DNA of 64,000 nucleotides, taken from positions 17,009 to 81,008 of the forward strand of contig JAGGXZ010000182.1 in NCBI GenBank assembly GCA_021162805.1, in the 5' to 3' direction. The notes beneath the pieces were generated by a model. That model was not told the origin of the DNA, made no database searches, and saw only the letters and a list, made by a program, of their open reading frames with translations. This DNA comes from Candidatus Poribacteria bacterium. GTDB lineage: Bacteria; Poribacteria; WGA-4E; B28-G17. Below, piece by piece: positions 27,963 through 40,000 of the stretch (within the stretch, counting starts at the first letter, position 1; every line of letters begins with the position of its first letter). The translations under genes were made by a program, and so were the position numbers.

Positions 27963-28935
27963 TTCCGAATTCCCTTTTGTATCTGCAGATCACGGGATCG
28001 GGGAGATCGATCCTTCCGGCGAATATCATAGAGGAGGCCCTACAGCCGCCGAAGCATCCCTTTTCATATATCTGACACTCAGCACACCGCGATGGCAAGC
28101 TGAAGATCCTCTTACCGCGCCTGAAAATCGCCTCTACCGGCTCATACTTTATATTGCCGAGATAAAATTCCGGGTTATATCTGAAGTATCCACATGGCAC
28201 CACAGTCCCATCGCATAAAATGGAGAAATGCTCCTCTCCCGCCGTACAGGGGTCGCCGTTTAAAGCCTCGCCGACGTAGAAGATAAAGTCTGAGGAGTTT
28301 CCCTCCACCACGTCGCTGATAAATTTAAGAGCTTTGACCCATTCGTCGATGGACATGTTTAGGATCTCCTCATTGATCCTGCCTCTTCCCACAGGCATGA
28401 ATCTATCCACATAGATAGCCTTAACCCCAATCTTACGGGCGAAATCCACGTATCTTCCGAAATCCCTCCAGTTCACCTTGGCAACGACAAAGAGCAACGT
28501 CACGTTGAAACCTGCTTTCATGAGGTTTTCCACGCCTTTCACCGCTCTTGTGAAATTTCCCTCACCTCTGATTAAATCGTTGATCTGAGGACATGATCCG
28601 TCGAGCGATACCCCTATAAGCGTGTACGGGTTGGTATCCTTGAGCTTCAAGGCGATCTCCCTCGTGATGAGGGTCCCGTTGGTGTTGAGTATAACCCTCA
28701 GGCCTATCCGCCCGGCGAAATCGATCAGCTCGAACAGATGGGGATAGGTAAACGGCTCGCCGCCGATCATATCGAAATATCTAAGCCCGATTCCCTTAAG
28801 CTGAAGCATCAAGTCCTTAATCACTTCAGGATGAAGTTCCTTTCTCGGCTCATCACCTGATCTGGCGTAGCAATGTCGGCACCTCAGATTACAACCGTTG
28901 GTTATCTCGCACTCCACTATGTACGGCCTCGTCAT
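27952..28935 (-). CDS. Radical SAM / SPASM-domain protein (maturase-like, orphan)
   Basis: CNLRCRHC (CxxxCxxC) sits 10 aa from the start. The C-terminal Cys-rich segment (CAECQIYEKGCFGGCRAS) is SPASM-like. The 3' end overlaps the iorA 3' end (convergent). Start ATG 28935 is preferred, TTG 28944 is possible. Confidence 0.75.
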   Translation of the reverse strand: MTRPYIVECEITNGCNLRCRHCYARSGDEPRKELHPEVIKDLMLQLKGIGLRYFDMIGGEPFTYPHLFELIDFAGRIGLRVILNTNGTLITREIALKLKDTNPYTLIGVSLDGSCPQINDLIRGEGNFTRAVKGVENLMKAGFNVTLLFVVAKVNWRDFGRYVDFARKIGVKAIYVDRFMPVGRGRINEEILNMSIDEWVKALKFISDVVEGNSSDFIFYVGEALNGDPCTAGEEHFSILCDGTVVPCGYFRYNPEFYLGNIKYEPVEAIFRRGKRIFSLPSRCAECQIYEKGCFGGCRASSMIFAGRIDLPDPVICRYKREFGTTS

Positions 28936-29184
28936 GGTCCTCAACCTATATCCCCGATGAGTTTCACGCCCTTTAAATTATACCATATCATCCAAAATGG
29001 GAGGTCTTCGAGATCACCTTACTACGCGCCTCGAGCCCTGTGACATCACCAAGGTGAAATGGAAAAAGCGGAGCGCGATGGTTCATCCTTCCAGCAGAGA
29101 CGCAAGGCTTTGTTCCAATAAGGGATAGGAGCAGCCCCGTGCCCACCCAAAAATATGGGCATAGGACAATCACAGGGATTTTCC

Positions 29185-29499
29185 CTACTCTATCCGGGGC
29201 ATCGGCTCGTAGAGCGTGATATCTTCCATGGGATAATGATCCCTGTTGTAGGTGACGAGCACCAGGTTTAACACGTAAGCGGTTGCGGCAATTATAGCGT
29301 CCGCCTGTCCTAAAGTTAAACCCCGACGTCTGAACTCCCGCCAGTATTCCGCCGCCTTAAAAGCTATAGCTCCGTCCACGGGAATTTTATACAGCACGCT
29401 GAGGAATTGGCGGGTAACCTCCTCCTCTTCAGGACGTACCCCGATCCAGACTTCAAACACGGACAGCGTAGAGCAACCCAAAGGCTGTTCGACCTCCAT
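29185..29499 (-). pseudogene. PIN-domain (VapC-like) fragment, apparently N-terminally truncated
   Basis: GLTLGQADAIIAATAYVLNLVLVTYNRDHY matches the VapC C-terminal core (D.LIAATA...LvT.N..dF). The N-terminal ~40 aa with the first catalytic Asp are absent: an in-frame stop lies 6 codons upstream of the first Met. Confidence 0.4.
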
Positions 29500-29643
29500 C
29501 TTCTCGAGGAGTTCCTCGGAGCTACCAGGTCATTCCCCTATCTGAGTTTGATCTTGAGCGGTTTAAAACCCCGTGCTATAATCGTAACGGATCTGCCTGA
29601 TGGTTTGATTGAGAAGCGTTAGACTCTGGATGCTAAACGAAGA

Positions 29644-30887
29644 GTGAGGAGGATAAAGATGATCAGTATTCCACCAGCGTTGCCGGTCTGGTTGACAGTG
29701 ATGGCACTGCTAACGGCATCCGAAACTGTACCCAAGTGGGAGGTCTTTGAGGTCACCTTACACGCCACGAGCTCTCCGGAGAATCCGTTTACGGATATCA
29801 CGTTGACGGCGACCGTCACCAAGCCGGATGGGGAGAAGGTGACGATCGATGGCTTCTATGACGGCGATGGAAAGGGCGGTCAGAGCGGGGATATCTGGAA
29901 GCTGCGCTTCTGCCACTTCTTCCGCTATGCCGACGGCGGATATGTATATCTGATGGGCAACTTCCTGGATGATACCGCCCCGCCTAAGGAGCGCTACAGC
30001 CACACGCTCCTGAGCGAGGAGATCACCGAGGATAACCGCCAGCATATGATCGATCGAGCGCGCAAGCTATATAAGGCCAATAAGATCAACATCTACATAG
30101 CGAACAAGGGCGACTACGGCGGCATCTCCACAACTCCTTGGCTCGGCACGGCGGAGAGAAACGATAAAACGCGGTTCGACCTCGCCCGCTGGAGGATGTA
30201 CGAACGGATTATCAGGCAGTTGAAGGAGGAGGGGATTATCGCCGAGCTGTGGTTTTTCGCCGATGACAGCGGCTTCGGAAAACTATCCAGGGCCGATCGT
30301 GAGCGGCTCATCCGATACGGCATGGCCCGCCTGAGTGCCTACCCGAACACGATGTTCGTGTTATGCCTTGAGTGGCAGGAGGGTTGGAGCAAGGAACAGG
30401 TCGCCTCGGATATCACCTTCGCGCAAAAACACAACCCCTGGCATCGGCTGTGGAGCGTCCACGGCGTCACGGGAAACTTCGCCTTTCCGAATCAGCCGTG
30501 GATCGACTTCATGGCGACGCAGCCCGGCAACGATGCCGAGCCGAAGACCGTCCCGCCGACGTGGATATCATACTGCCGTCGTACGATTTCATTCGTAAAC
30601 ACCTCGCGAGCGAGATCCCTCATATGCATCCGACCGATATAGTCCTGAACAATCCTGAAACCACGTGGTGTCTCGCCGACCCCAGCAGAAGCTATCTGGT
30701 TTATACGCTGAACGGCGGAGAGATCAAGCTTGACCTCTCCGATGCCCAGGGAAGCTTCCTCGCCCGCTGGTTCGATCCTCGAACGGGGAGGATCATACCG
30801 GCAGCGGCCATCACAGGTGGGAAGAGCATCCTCCTGAAAACTCCAGATGAGGAGGACTGGGTTCTGTGGATCAGGGCGAAACGTTGA
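29644..30887 (+). pseudogene. Frameshifted DUF5060 / DUF4038 (GH140-like) / collagen-binding-like domain protein (putative glycoside hydrolase)
   Basis: Frame 1 (29644-30642) encodes a signal peptide, the DUF5060-like N-terminus (WEVFEVTL...NPF.D..L.A.F) and the DUF4038-like body. Sensible protein sequence continues in frame 3 (about 30550-30887, ...VDIILPSYDFIRKHL...FDPRTGRI...). A single indel near 30535-30555 is implied. Confidence 0.5.
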
Positions 30888-31050
30888 CTTACCCGGCAAG
30901 CAGATGAGGATCGTGGGGCTCGCTGACGAGGAAGGGTTGAAGGGATAGATGATGATGTGATACACTTATCTAGCAATTGGCGGGAAGTTTTTGAAGTCCG
31001 GTGAGCGCGGGGCTGGCAAGCGATCTCAGCTCTGAAGGAGGTTATTCCTG

Positions 31051-34000
31051 ATGGAGAGAGGAAACAGGAGGCGTGGGACAGGAAAGAGGAAACAGAAAAG
31101 ATATCTCGGTCTTCTGCCTCCTGACTCCAGTCTCCGGTCTATCTGTAGAGCGATAACGCTCGTGACGTTTCTCCTCATAACCGGCTTCACGGCTTTCGGG
31201 GATAGCCCCGACACCTACATACTGCCCCTGTCACCGCCCAACGTCATCGGCCATTCGGATGTGACGATCTGGTGGAGCGGTAGACCCTCCGATGAAGCCG
31301 GATTGATCGGATTTTATTACAGCCTGGACGGCTCTCCCTTCACCTTCACCGATTCAAACCACGTCACCCTTTGGAATCTGACCAAGGGAGAGCATCGTCT
31401 GCTCGTCAAATCGATAGACAGCACGTTGAGACAGGACGATCAGCCGGCCGAGCTGAGCTTCAGGATCTCGCCGGTGGTGCGAGGTGAGCCGGAGGTGAAC
31501 GATACGCCCGATCTGGCGGTGGATCTGCCTCTGGGGGTGGAGATGAGAGGAGTGAGCCTGCTCGGCGGGGGAGACGTGGACTGGTATAAGGTCGCATTCC
31601 CTCAGGACGCTACCGCAGCGACGGTGACCTTCCGGAGGGATGGCGGAAACTCCTCCACTGAGATCTCGCTCTACCTGAACACGCCCTCCGAGGGGAATAA
31701 GGCTGCCTCCTTCAGCGTGAACGTCTCGAACGGCGAACGCGGATCGGCGACCGTCGGCATCTCTCCCGATTCGACCCTTTTCATCAAGGTCGCCCCGTCG
31801 CCCGACGAGAAACATCCCCTCTATATCCTCTCAGCCGATTACATCCCGGCCTCTCCCCATGGGATATGGGAGGTTGAGGATAATTCATCGCCCGCTTCCG
31901 CCACTCGATTGAGCCTCGTGGAGGATCGGGTCACGGCCATCGGCATGAAAAACGGGGATCAGGATTCATCCGATTGGTATAAACTGCATTTCGACCTCAC
32001 CTCTCCAAAGCTACTCAGGCTGAATCTGTCGAGGCTTCAAGCCGCCGGTGAGACATCGGTTCAGATCTTCAAGGGAGCGATCATCTCCGACATCTCCCAG
32101 GTCTCCGCCCTCTCCGTCTCGCCGCTGAGCAATGGATGGGGTTCGATCTCGTTCCTGGTCTCGTTCGGCGACTATTACGTCAGGGTGTCCAACGATCAGG
32201 AGGGGGTGGGAAACACCTACCAGATCACCCTCACGCTTGGCGATCTCCCGCCCGGATCAGAGTATGAACTTGAGCCTAACACGGTCTCCCCCCAGGAAAA
32301 CCCCGATTACGTCACTCCGCTCGGCGTGGAGATGGGGATCTACGGATATAGCTGGGGCGATGGGGATGATGACTGGTTCAAATTCAACCTCGGCAGGAAG
32401 GGTCTGCTCTGTCTGACGCTTCAGAGACCTGAGGGGATCGGTCAGACGGAGCTCCAGCTTTTCAACTCCAATCTGATACCGATCTCCTCCTTTCAGATCT
32501 CCCCATCAACCTCTCAGCGTGGAAGCCTCCCCGTTCCCGACGCCGATCCAGGAACATACTACGTCAAGATCGTCCCGTCGGGTGAAAGGGAGACGACGAG
32601 ATATAGGCTGAACGCCCTCTTGATAGGCTCGATAGAGCATAACGCTCAGGAGCCGCTCGGTCTGGGGGATGAACTCAGGGTAGCCGTAAATTGGACCGCC
32701 GGCAGGGAGGTGTATCTCACGCTGGAGGGGGATTTCCAGGACGAGGAGGCGAGGAAGCGATTTGAGAGGATGCCTTTGAGCGAGGTCTCGCCCGGCCGGT
32801 ATGAGCTGTCATATGTGTTGAGGGAAGGCGATTCGGTTGAAAACGCCAGGATGCTCTTCACCTTCAAGACCCCTCAAGGGGATGAGGCGCTTTACGAATA
32901 TTCCGAGAGGATCACCCTCCAGGCGGGAAAGGCCATTATAGATGCCAAACACGATGCCGATCACATCCTCAAGTCGGGCGAGAGGTTGACCGTAACCCTA
33001 ACCTCCTCGATAACCGACGGCACCGCCTCCTTCGACATAGTTGGAGGGACGAAGGATCCTTCGCCCTTACTCAGAGGGGGGATACCGCTCTACGGAGACG
33101 GCAGGGGGAACTATTCCGGCTCATACGTCGTCCAGGAGGGCGATCTGGTGAGAGAAGGAATCGTAAGGGTTAAACTCGTCGATAGATTCGGCACGAAGTA
33201 TGAGTTTGAGATAAAGGAGCCGGTTAGCATCGATGCCGTCAAACCCTCTCCACCCTCAGAGTTGAGGGGCGAGGACGTGCCGGAGGATAACGGCTTCCAG
33301 ATACAGTTGAGCTGGAGCCTTTCGCCCGATCCGGACGTATCGGAATACAACGTATATATCTCGCCTATCCCCATCACATCGCTTCAGGCGCTTTCGCCGA
33401 TAGCTCGCGTTAAGGGGAGGTCATGCCAGGTGCAGGTCGAGCGGAACGGCGTGGGCTATTATTTCGCCGTCACGGCGGTTGACATGGCCGGAAACGAATC
33501 GGATCTAAGCGATGGGGCCATAACGGGACCGGTTCAGGCGTTGGATAACCTCCCGCCAGCGGCTAAATCGGCATCACACGACGTAACCGGCATAGTTTCA
33601 ACCCTGAACCCCGTCATAAACGTCAAGCTCCAATCCGAGCCCGGAATCACTCCCCTTCTGACGATCCCCGGTCTGGTTCGGGATCTTCCACTTGAGGAGA
33701 AGAAAGACGGGGTCTACACCATAAGCTATTCGGTCCCCAAAGGGGTGGAGCTGAGGGACGTCCTGCTCTCCCTTAAGCTCAAGGACAAAGCTGGAAACGA
33801 AAGCTCGATCGATGTTCCCCCACCCATCACGATCGATACGAAACCGCCTCAGATCAAATCGGTCAAACATGACGGAACGAGGCTGCTGGTGGAGGGGGAT
33901 GAACTGAAGATCACGCTTGAAGGCGAGGTGGGATGTCAGGGATGGTTCGATATCGAAGGGCTGGTGAAGGGGATCCCGCTCTATGACGACGGCGAACACG

Positions 34001-37000
34001 GGGATGGCGCCGGCGGAGACGGGGTCTACGTCGGGACGTATCGGGTGAAGACGGGAGATAAGGCGATGGAGGCAGCGGTGGTGGCTCATCTGAAGGATAA
34101 GGCGGGCAATGAGTCGAGCATGGAAGCAGTCAGAAAGGTGAATCTGGACACAACCCCTCCCTCCATATCAAAGGCGAAGGTCGAGGGTGAAAGCTTCAAG
34201 CTGGGGGATGTGGTGAAGGTTGAGCTTTGGGGCGAGGCGGGATGTCAGGGTAAATTCCGGATAGAGGGGCTGGGCGTTGAGGGGAAGCTGTACGATGACG
34301 GCGAACACGGGGACGGAGAGGCGAATGACGGCATGTATGTGGGAAGCTGGAAGGTCGGGAGAGGCATCGGGGGAGAAGATCTGTCGGTGATAGCTATCCT
34401 TGAGAAGTCCAACGGCAAGTCGGTTCAGATCGAGGCGGGCAGTGTCAAGGTGGACGGCGTTCCCCCGCCTGAGGTGGAAGGGGTGAAGGTCGAGGATGTC
34501 CCGGACGATGAGGGATACAGGGTCAGGGTCAGTTGGCAGGGAGTGAAAGTTGAGGACCTGAAGGGATATCTCGTCTACCTCAGCTCCGACAGCATAGGGG
34601 ATCTCTCGACGATGAGCCCTATTGCCGAGACGGAGAAGGAGAGCGTTCTGCTGGATGTGGAGGAGAACGGGCGGCAGTATCATTTCGCCGTGGTGGCCGA
34701 GGACGAGGCGGGCAATATCTCCGCCTTAGGCGCCGGCAGTGTCACTGTGGGAGACGCGCTGGATAATCTCGCTCCTCCGAAGCCCATCGATCTGAAAGCC
34801 GAGATGGTGGAGGGGGGAAGGATCTACATCGGATGGGAATACCCGAGCCTACCGGCCGACTGGGCTGCCTTCAAAGTTTATATATCACAGAATCCAAATC
34901 TCTCCGGAGGAGAACTCGTCCGGATCACCCATAACCAGGTCAGATCGGCCGATCTGCCGGCAGATAAGGATGGGGATTACTACATAGGGCTCAGCGCCGA
35001 GGATATCAGCGGGAACGAGTCGGAGATAATCCGGATCGGGCCGATCAGGGCGGGCGCAATCTCAGCCATGGATGAGAGGCTTATCTCCCTTCCAAAAGGG
35101 ATCATAAGGGGGGATGGCGTGCTCGTCTGGTGGAGAGGATGGAAGAATGGAGGGACGAAAGATTTCAGATATCGCCTGGATGGAGTTGAGGGGGAAGCTG
35201 AGGGACCATATCTTCTCATCCGATCGCTCACCCCAGGCGATCACGAACTGGAGATAGAGCTTAACGGAGAGGTTATATCCCGCGAGTTTCGAATCGAGCC
35301 GATGGAGCTGAAACTGGACGGGAAAAAGGAGACCATCCTCCCCAACGCCAAGCTCATCGGCCCCGGCACATGCAGCCTCGTCCTGATGAGAGACGCCACG
35401 CTCAATCTGGTCGGCGAAAACGGCGGCGTCGAGGTAAAGCTCTATCGAGACGATGACCTTCTTATGGAGGGCCAGGGGGCGATATCGCTTAAGGCGGGGA
35501 TATATAGGGTGGAGACGAAGGGAAGCGTGACCATCTATCAGAGTCCCCTCGCAGCAGATGCGGATATGGAACCCAACGATGAGGATGGCTTTCCCCTTCA
35601 TGGCGATTCGATCATCTCAGGCATGATCCAGAGAAAGGGCGATGTTGATCTCTACCGCCTCCGCGTTGAAGGAGGAGAGAGGCTGGCCGTGACCTTGATC
35701 TCCTGGGGCAACCTCCAGCTCGGTATCAGGGACGAGAGGGGAACTGAAGTGGAAACCGATGAGGACCAGGATGGGGGATATCGGTTCTATCTGAGCCATC
35801 CCCTGAGCGCGGGGGAGTACGTTATCGAGGTTAAGGGTGATGCCGGGGCGATCTATCAGATAGGCCTGATCATCCTGAAGGGCATAGGGGTCGATCGAAG
35901 GGCGATGATGAAAGCCGGGGATCTGCTGAGGGTGACCGTCGATTGGGCGACGGCCGGCGAGATATGGGGCGAGGTGAAGGGATTGATCGAGCCCGTGAGG
36001 CTCTCCGGAAGCGGAGGGTTGATGGGAATGGAATATAGGATAAAGGACGGCGATGATCTCTCAGACGGCAGGGTGAGGCTGGAATTCAACGTCTCAGGCG
36101 AGGTGATCCCCTTCGAGATCCCCGGCGTGAGGATAAACGTGGACACCGTCCCTCCCAGGATAACCCGGGCTCAGCATGACGCCGTCAAACCGCTTAAGGC
36201 CGGGGATAAGATCGGGATCGAGGTGGGCGGCGAAAGCGGATGCGAGGGGTGGTTCGAGATAACGGGAATCGCCGAGGAGATACCGCTTCAGGAGAAGGAG
36301 GCCGGAAGGTACGAGGGGGAATATCAGGTGAGGGAAGGGGATAACACGTCGGGCTCTGACGTGATATGCTATCTCCGAGACGGGGCCGGTAACGAGACCA
36401 AGGCGGTCGTGAAGGGCAGATCGGGCGAGTTCGACAAGGTCGTGATCGATACGCTCCCGCCCCGTATAGATGAGGTGAGCTATGAGGGAGAGGGGGTGCT
36501 AATTGAAGGACAGATCCTCAAGGTGATCGTGAAGGGTGAGGCGGGCTGTCAGGCTTGGTTCGATATCGGCGAACTCAGACATGATCTCCCGCTTGAGGAG
36601 AAAAGGGAGGGGGAATACGAGGGAAGCTATCAGGTGAAGATGGGCGATCAGGCCCTGGGCGTCAGGATAATCGCCCATCTGAAGGACGCCGCCGGAAACG
36701 AGAGCGTCGTCGAGTCGCGGGACGCCCTGGACATAGATACCATCCCGCCGCAGATAGAGTCGGTCGAGCACGATGCGACGAGGACCCTTAGGCTCGGCTC
36801 AGTTCTCACCGTGCGCGTTAAGGGGACGCCGGGCTGCGATGCCAGATTCTCGATAGAGGGGGTCGTCGAAGACCTTCCACTCGGTGAGACGGGAGATGGG
36901 AATTACATCGGAACCTATACGGTCAAGGAGGGCGATAGCGCCGATAGGGCGAAGGTGATCGTTCGCCTGGTCAAACCAAACGGGAAGTCCGCCTCAAAAT

Positions 37001-40000
37001 CGGCCTCCCTCAGGATCTCAATCGACACCGATCCGCCCGAGCCGGTCCAGGGGGTCACTGCTGCCGATAAGCCTCTCGATGAAGGATTCACCCTGATTCT
37101 ATCCTGGGATCGATCGGATGAGCCTGACTTCTACGCATACAGGATCTATCGTTCGCCCACGCCCATCCTCTCGACGGAGGAACTTAAGCCGATCCTCGAG
37201 CTCAGATCGGCGGATATCACCCGAACCGAGGTGAATGTGCCGGAGAACGATTCGGACTACTACTTCGCCGTGACGGCGGTGGATGAGGCCGGCAACGAAT
37301 CGAAGCTGTCGCTTAAGTCGGGGGGCTCCATCTTCGGCCCCATCAGAGCCCTGGATAACCTCCCCCCGCCTCCCGTCACGGGCGTTCGGGCCGAGGATCG
37401 GCCGAGCGATCTGGGAGGTGTGATCGTCCTCAGATGGGATGGGCCCTCCCCGGCGGAGGACTTCAGCCGGTATAACCTCTACGTCTCAAGAGAGCCGATC
37501 GCCTCTACGGAAGGGCTCAACCCGATAAAAGTCCCCGATCGGAACGTCACGGCCTATGAGGTGCAGACGGCGGACGGGGTGGATTACTATTTCGCCGTGA
37601 CGGCGGTGGACAGATCGGGCAATGAGTCCCCCTTAGCTACGACGTCCGTCTTCGGACCGGTTCAATCCATCCCGAACATACCTCAGGGTGAGCCCGTGCC
37701 CGGCCGGATCGTCGCCGCTCCGCTGGGATTATCGCTCTCCGACGCTGTGATATTTCATCTTTCCCGGTGGGTTCCCTCGCCCGAGCCGAAACCCATCCCC
37801 GGATACCTGTATCGATTGGATGACGGATCATATGAGCTTTCCGCGAGCAGCCATATCGCCTTTTTCGGGCTCGCCGACGGGGGACATGTCTTTTGGGCGA
37901 AACCGGCGGATCGCCCCGACACGCAGCCGATCAAATGGGAGTTCAACGTGTTGAGAAGTCCCGTGAGGGAATCCGAGCCGAACGACACACCTGAAACGGC
38001 GTTCCGCCTGAGCTCCGGCCAGCCGGTTGTGGGAACCAACTCCGATGACGGCGATGTGGACTGGTTCTCGATACAGATCGACTCACCGGGGATGCTCGAT
38101 ATTACCTTCGGAAGGGAGAAGGGGATCGGGCGGAGCACGATCTCGATTTTCCATGGGTTGGAGACGGCCAAGGCGATCGATGAGTTCACCGTGGACCCCT
38201 CCACAGGCGGCAGAGGCCACTCGAGCGTAGGGGTCTCGCCCGGGCGGTATCTGGTAAGGGTTATCTCTAAGTCGGAAAACCCCGCGGCGGAGTATCGCAT
38301 CTGCGCTGTCTATCGCGAGCTCAAGCCGATCTACGCCTGGGAGGTCGAGCCCAACGACGAGTGGATGGCCGCGAACGCGGTTCGGATCGATAACGCCCTG
38401 GAGTTGATCGGCGAGGGAGGAGGAGGTGATAAGGACTGGTTCACCTTCACGGAGACCGTTGAAGGCGAGATGCTGGAGCTGAAGCTCATACGATCGGGCG
38501 GAAAAAGCACGATCAGGCTGATCACATTTTACGGATCGCCCTCCGAAGGCGGGGTTCAGGTGGACGAGCTGAGTCTGGATTCCGATCATGCGGAGGCCGA
38601 AAGCTGGGTGGGATTAAAAGCGGGAAAGTATTACATGCTTATAGAGAGTCCCGATAAACCTCCCCGATTTGAATACTCGCTTCTCCTGATCAAGAGGAAA
38701 CCCGAGGGATCGATGGAGTTCGAGCCGAACGATAAGCCCGATATGGCTTCCGGTATATCGGTTGACGACGTAATATCCTGCAGAACCTTCTCGAACGGGG
38801 ACGTCGATCTATACGCCCTTCAGGTCAAATCGCACGGATCGCTCGCCATCGGAATCGAGAGGGCGAACGCAGTGGGGAAAACGATAGCGGAGCTGAAACG
38901 GCTCGACGGCACGATGATCGCCTCGGCGAAGGCCGATCCCTCAAATGAGGGCCGGGCCTCCTTGAACGCGGAGGTCAACCCCGGAGGATATCTCCTGGCA
39001 GTCAGGACGGAGAACGAGAGGCCGGGCGATTATACGATCACGACCGCTCTGGTGAAATCCGCCTTGCATGATGCCCGAAAGCCGCTCGGCATCGGCGATA
39101 AACTGAACGTCCGGATCGAGTGGCTCCCCGAAAAAAGGGTCACGCTCACCCTGCCCAAGGTGATCAGGGACATCGAGATGAATGAGGAGGAGCCCGGGGT
39201 TTATACGGCGAGCTATACGGTGAAGGAGGGGGATACACTTTCCGATCAACCCTATGTGAGCCTCTTCCCTGACGTCTCGACCTCTGAAGCGGCGAGGCTT
39301 TTCCTCCAGCCTCAGATTCTGATAGACACGATGCCGCCCGGGATAGAGGAGATCTCCCATGACGGTCACGATCCGATTCCGCTCGGCGGAACGTTGCACG
39401 TTAAGCTCAAAGGCGAGCCCGGCTGCAAGCTCGCATATTTCGAGATCCGGAAAGGCGATTTCCTGAGAAGGGTCGAGATGGAGGAAAAGGAGAAGGGGGT
39501 TTATGAGGGCGAATACACCGTTGTCTCCGGGGATGACGTCCGGGGTGCCTCCGTGGTGGGGTATCTGGAGGATGAGGTCGGGAACGTCAGCAGCAGAGAG
39601 GCCTTCACGCCTGTGACCTTCGACACCTTACCTCCGGAGATCACCGATCTCTCAGTCCTTATCTCCAGGGGAGGAGGGGATTTCGTCCCTGTCGACGTGA
39701 CGTCCGACAGGGTTTTAGGAGAGAGCGATTCCCTCAAGGTCGTCATCAGATCTGAGCTCAACGCTAAAGCCGAATTCGAGATCGAAGGGTTCAAATCGGG
39801 GTTGAAGCTGAGAGATGACGGCGCTCAGGGGGATGAGGTGGCCGGTGACGGGATATACGCCGGAATCTACGTCGTCCATAGGGGCGACTCGATCGAAAAC
39901 ACCCCCATCAAGGTCATCGTCACCGATAAGGCCGGCAACTCACAGGAGTTATACGCGCCGGTTACGATCACCATAGATGCTGTCCCGCCTAAGATCCAGG

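Noticed and set aside
29546-29581. Promoter TTGAGC-N17-TATAAT upstream of the DUF5060/DUF4038 gene
   Set aside because: The -10 is good, but the -35 is weak and the downstream gene is probably a pseudogene. It is not confident enough to list as a feature.
30372-30887. ORF 30372-30887 as an independent gene
   Set aside because: Its first ~60 codons are low-complexity antisense-like filler. Sensible sequence begins only where frame 1 of the 29644 gene degenerates. It is better explained as the post-frameshift continuation of one DUF5060/DUF4038 gene.
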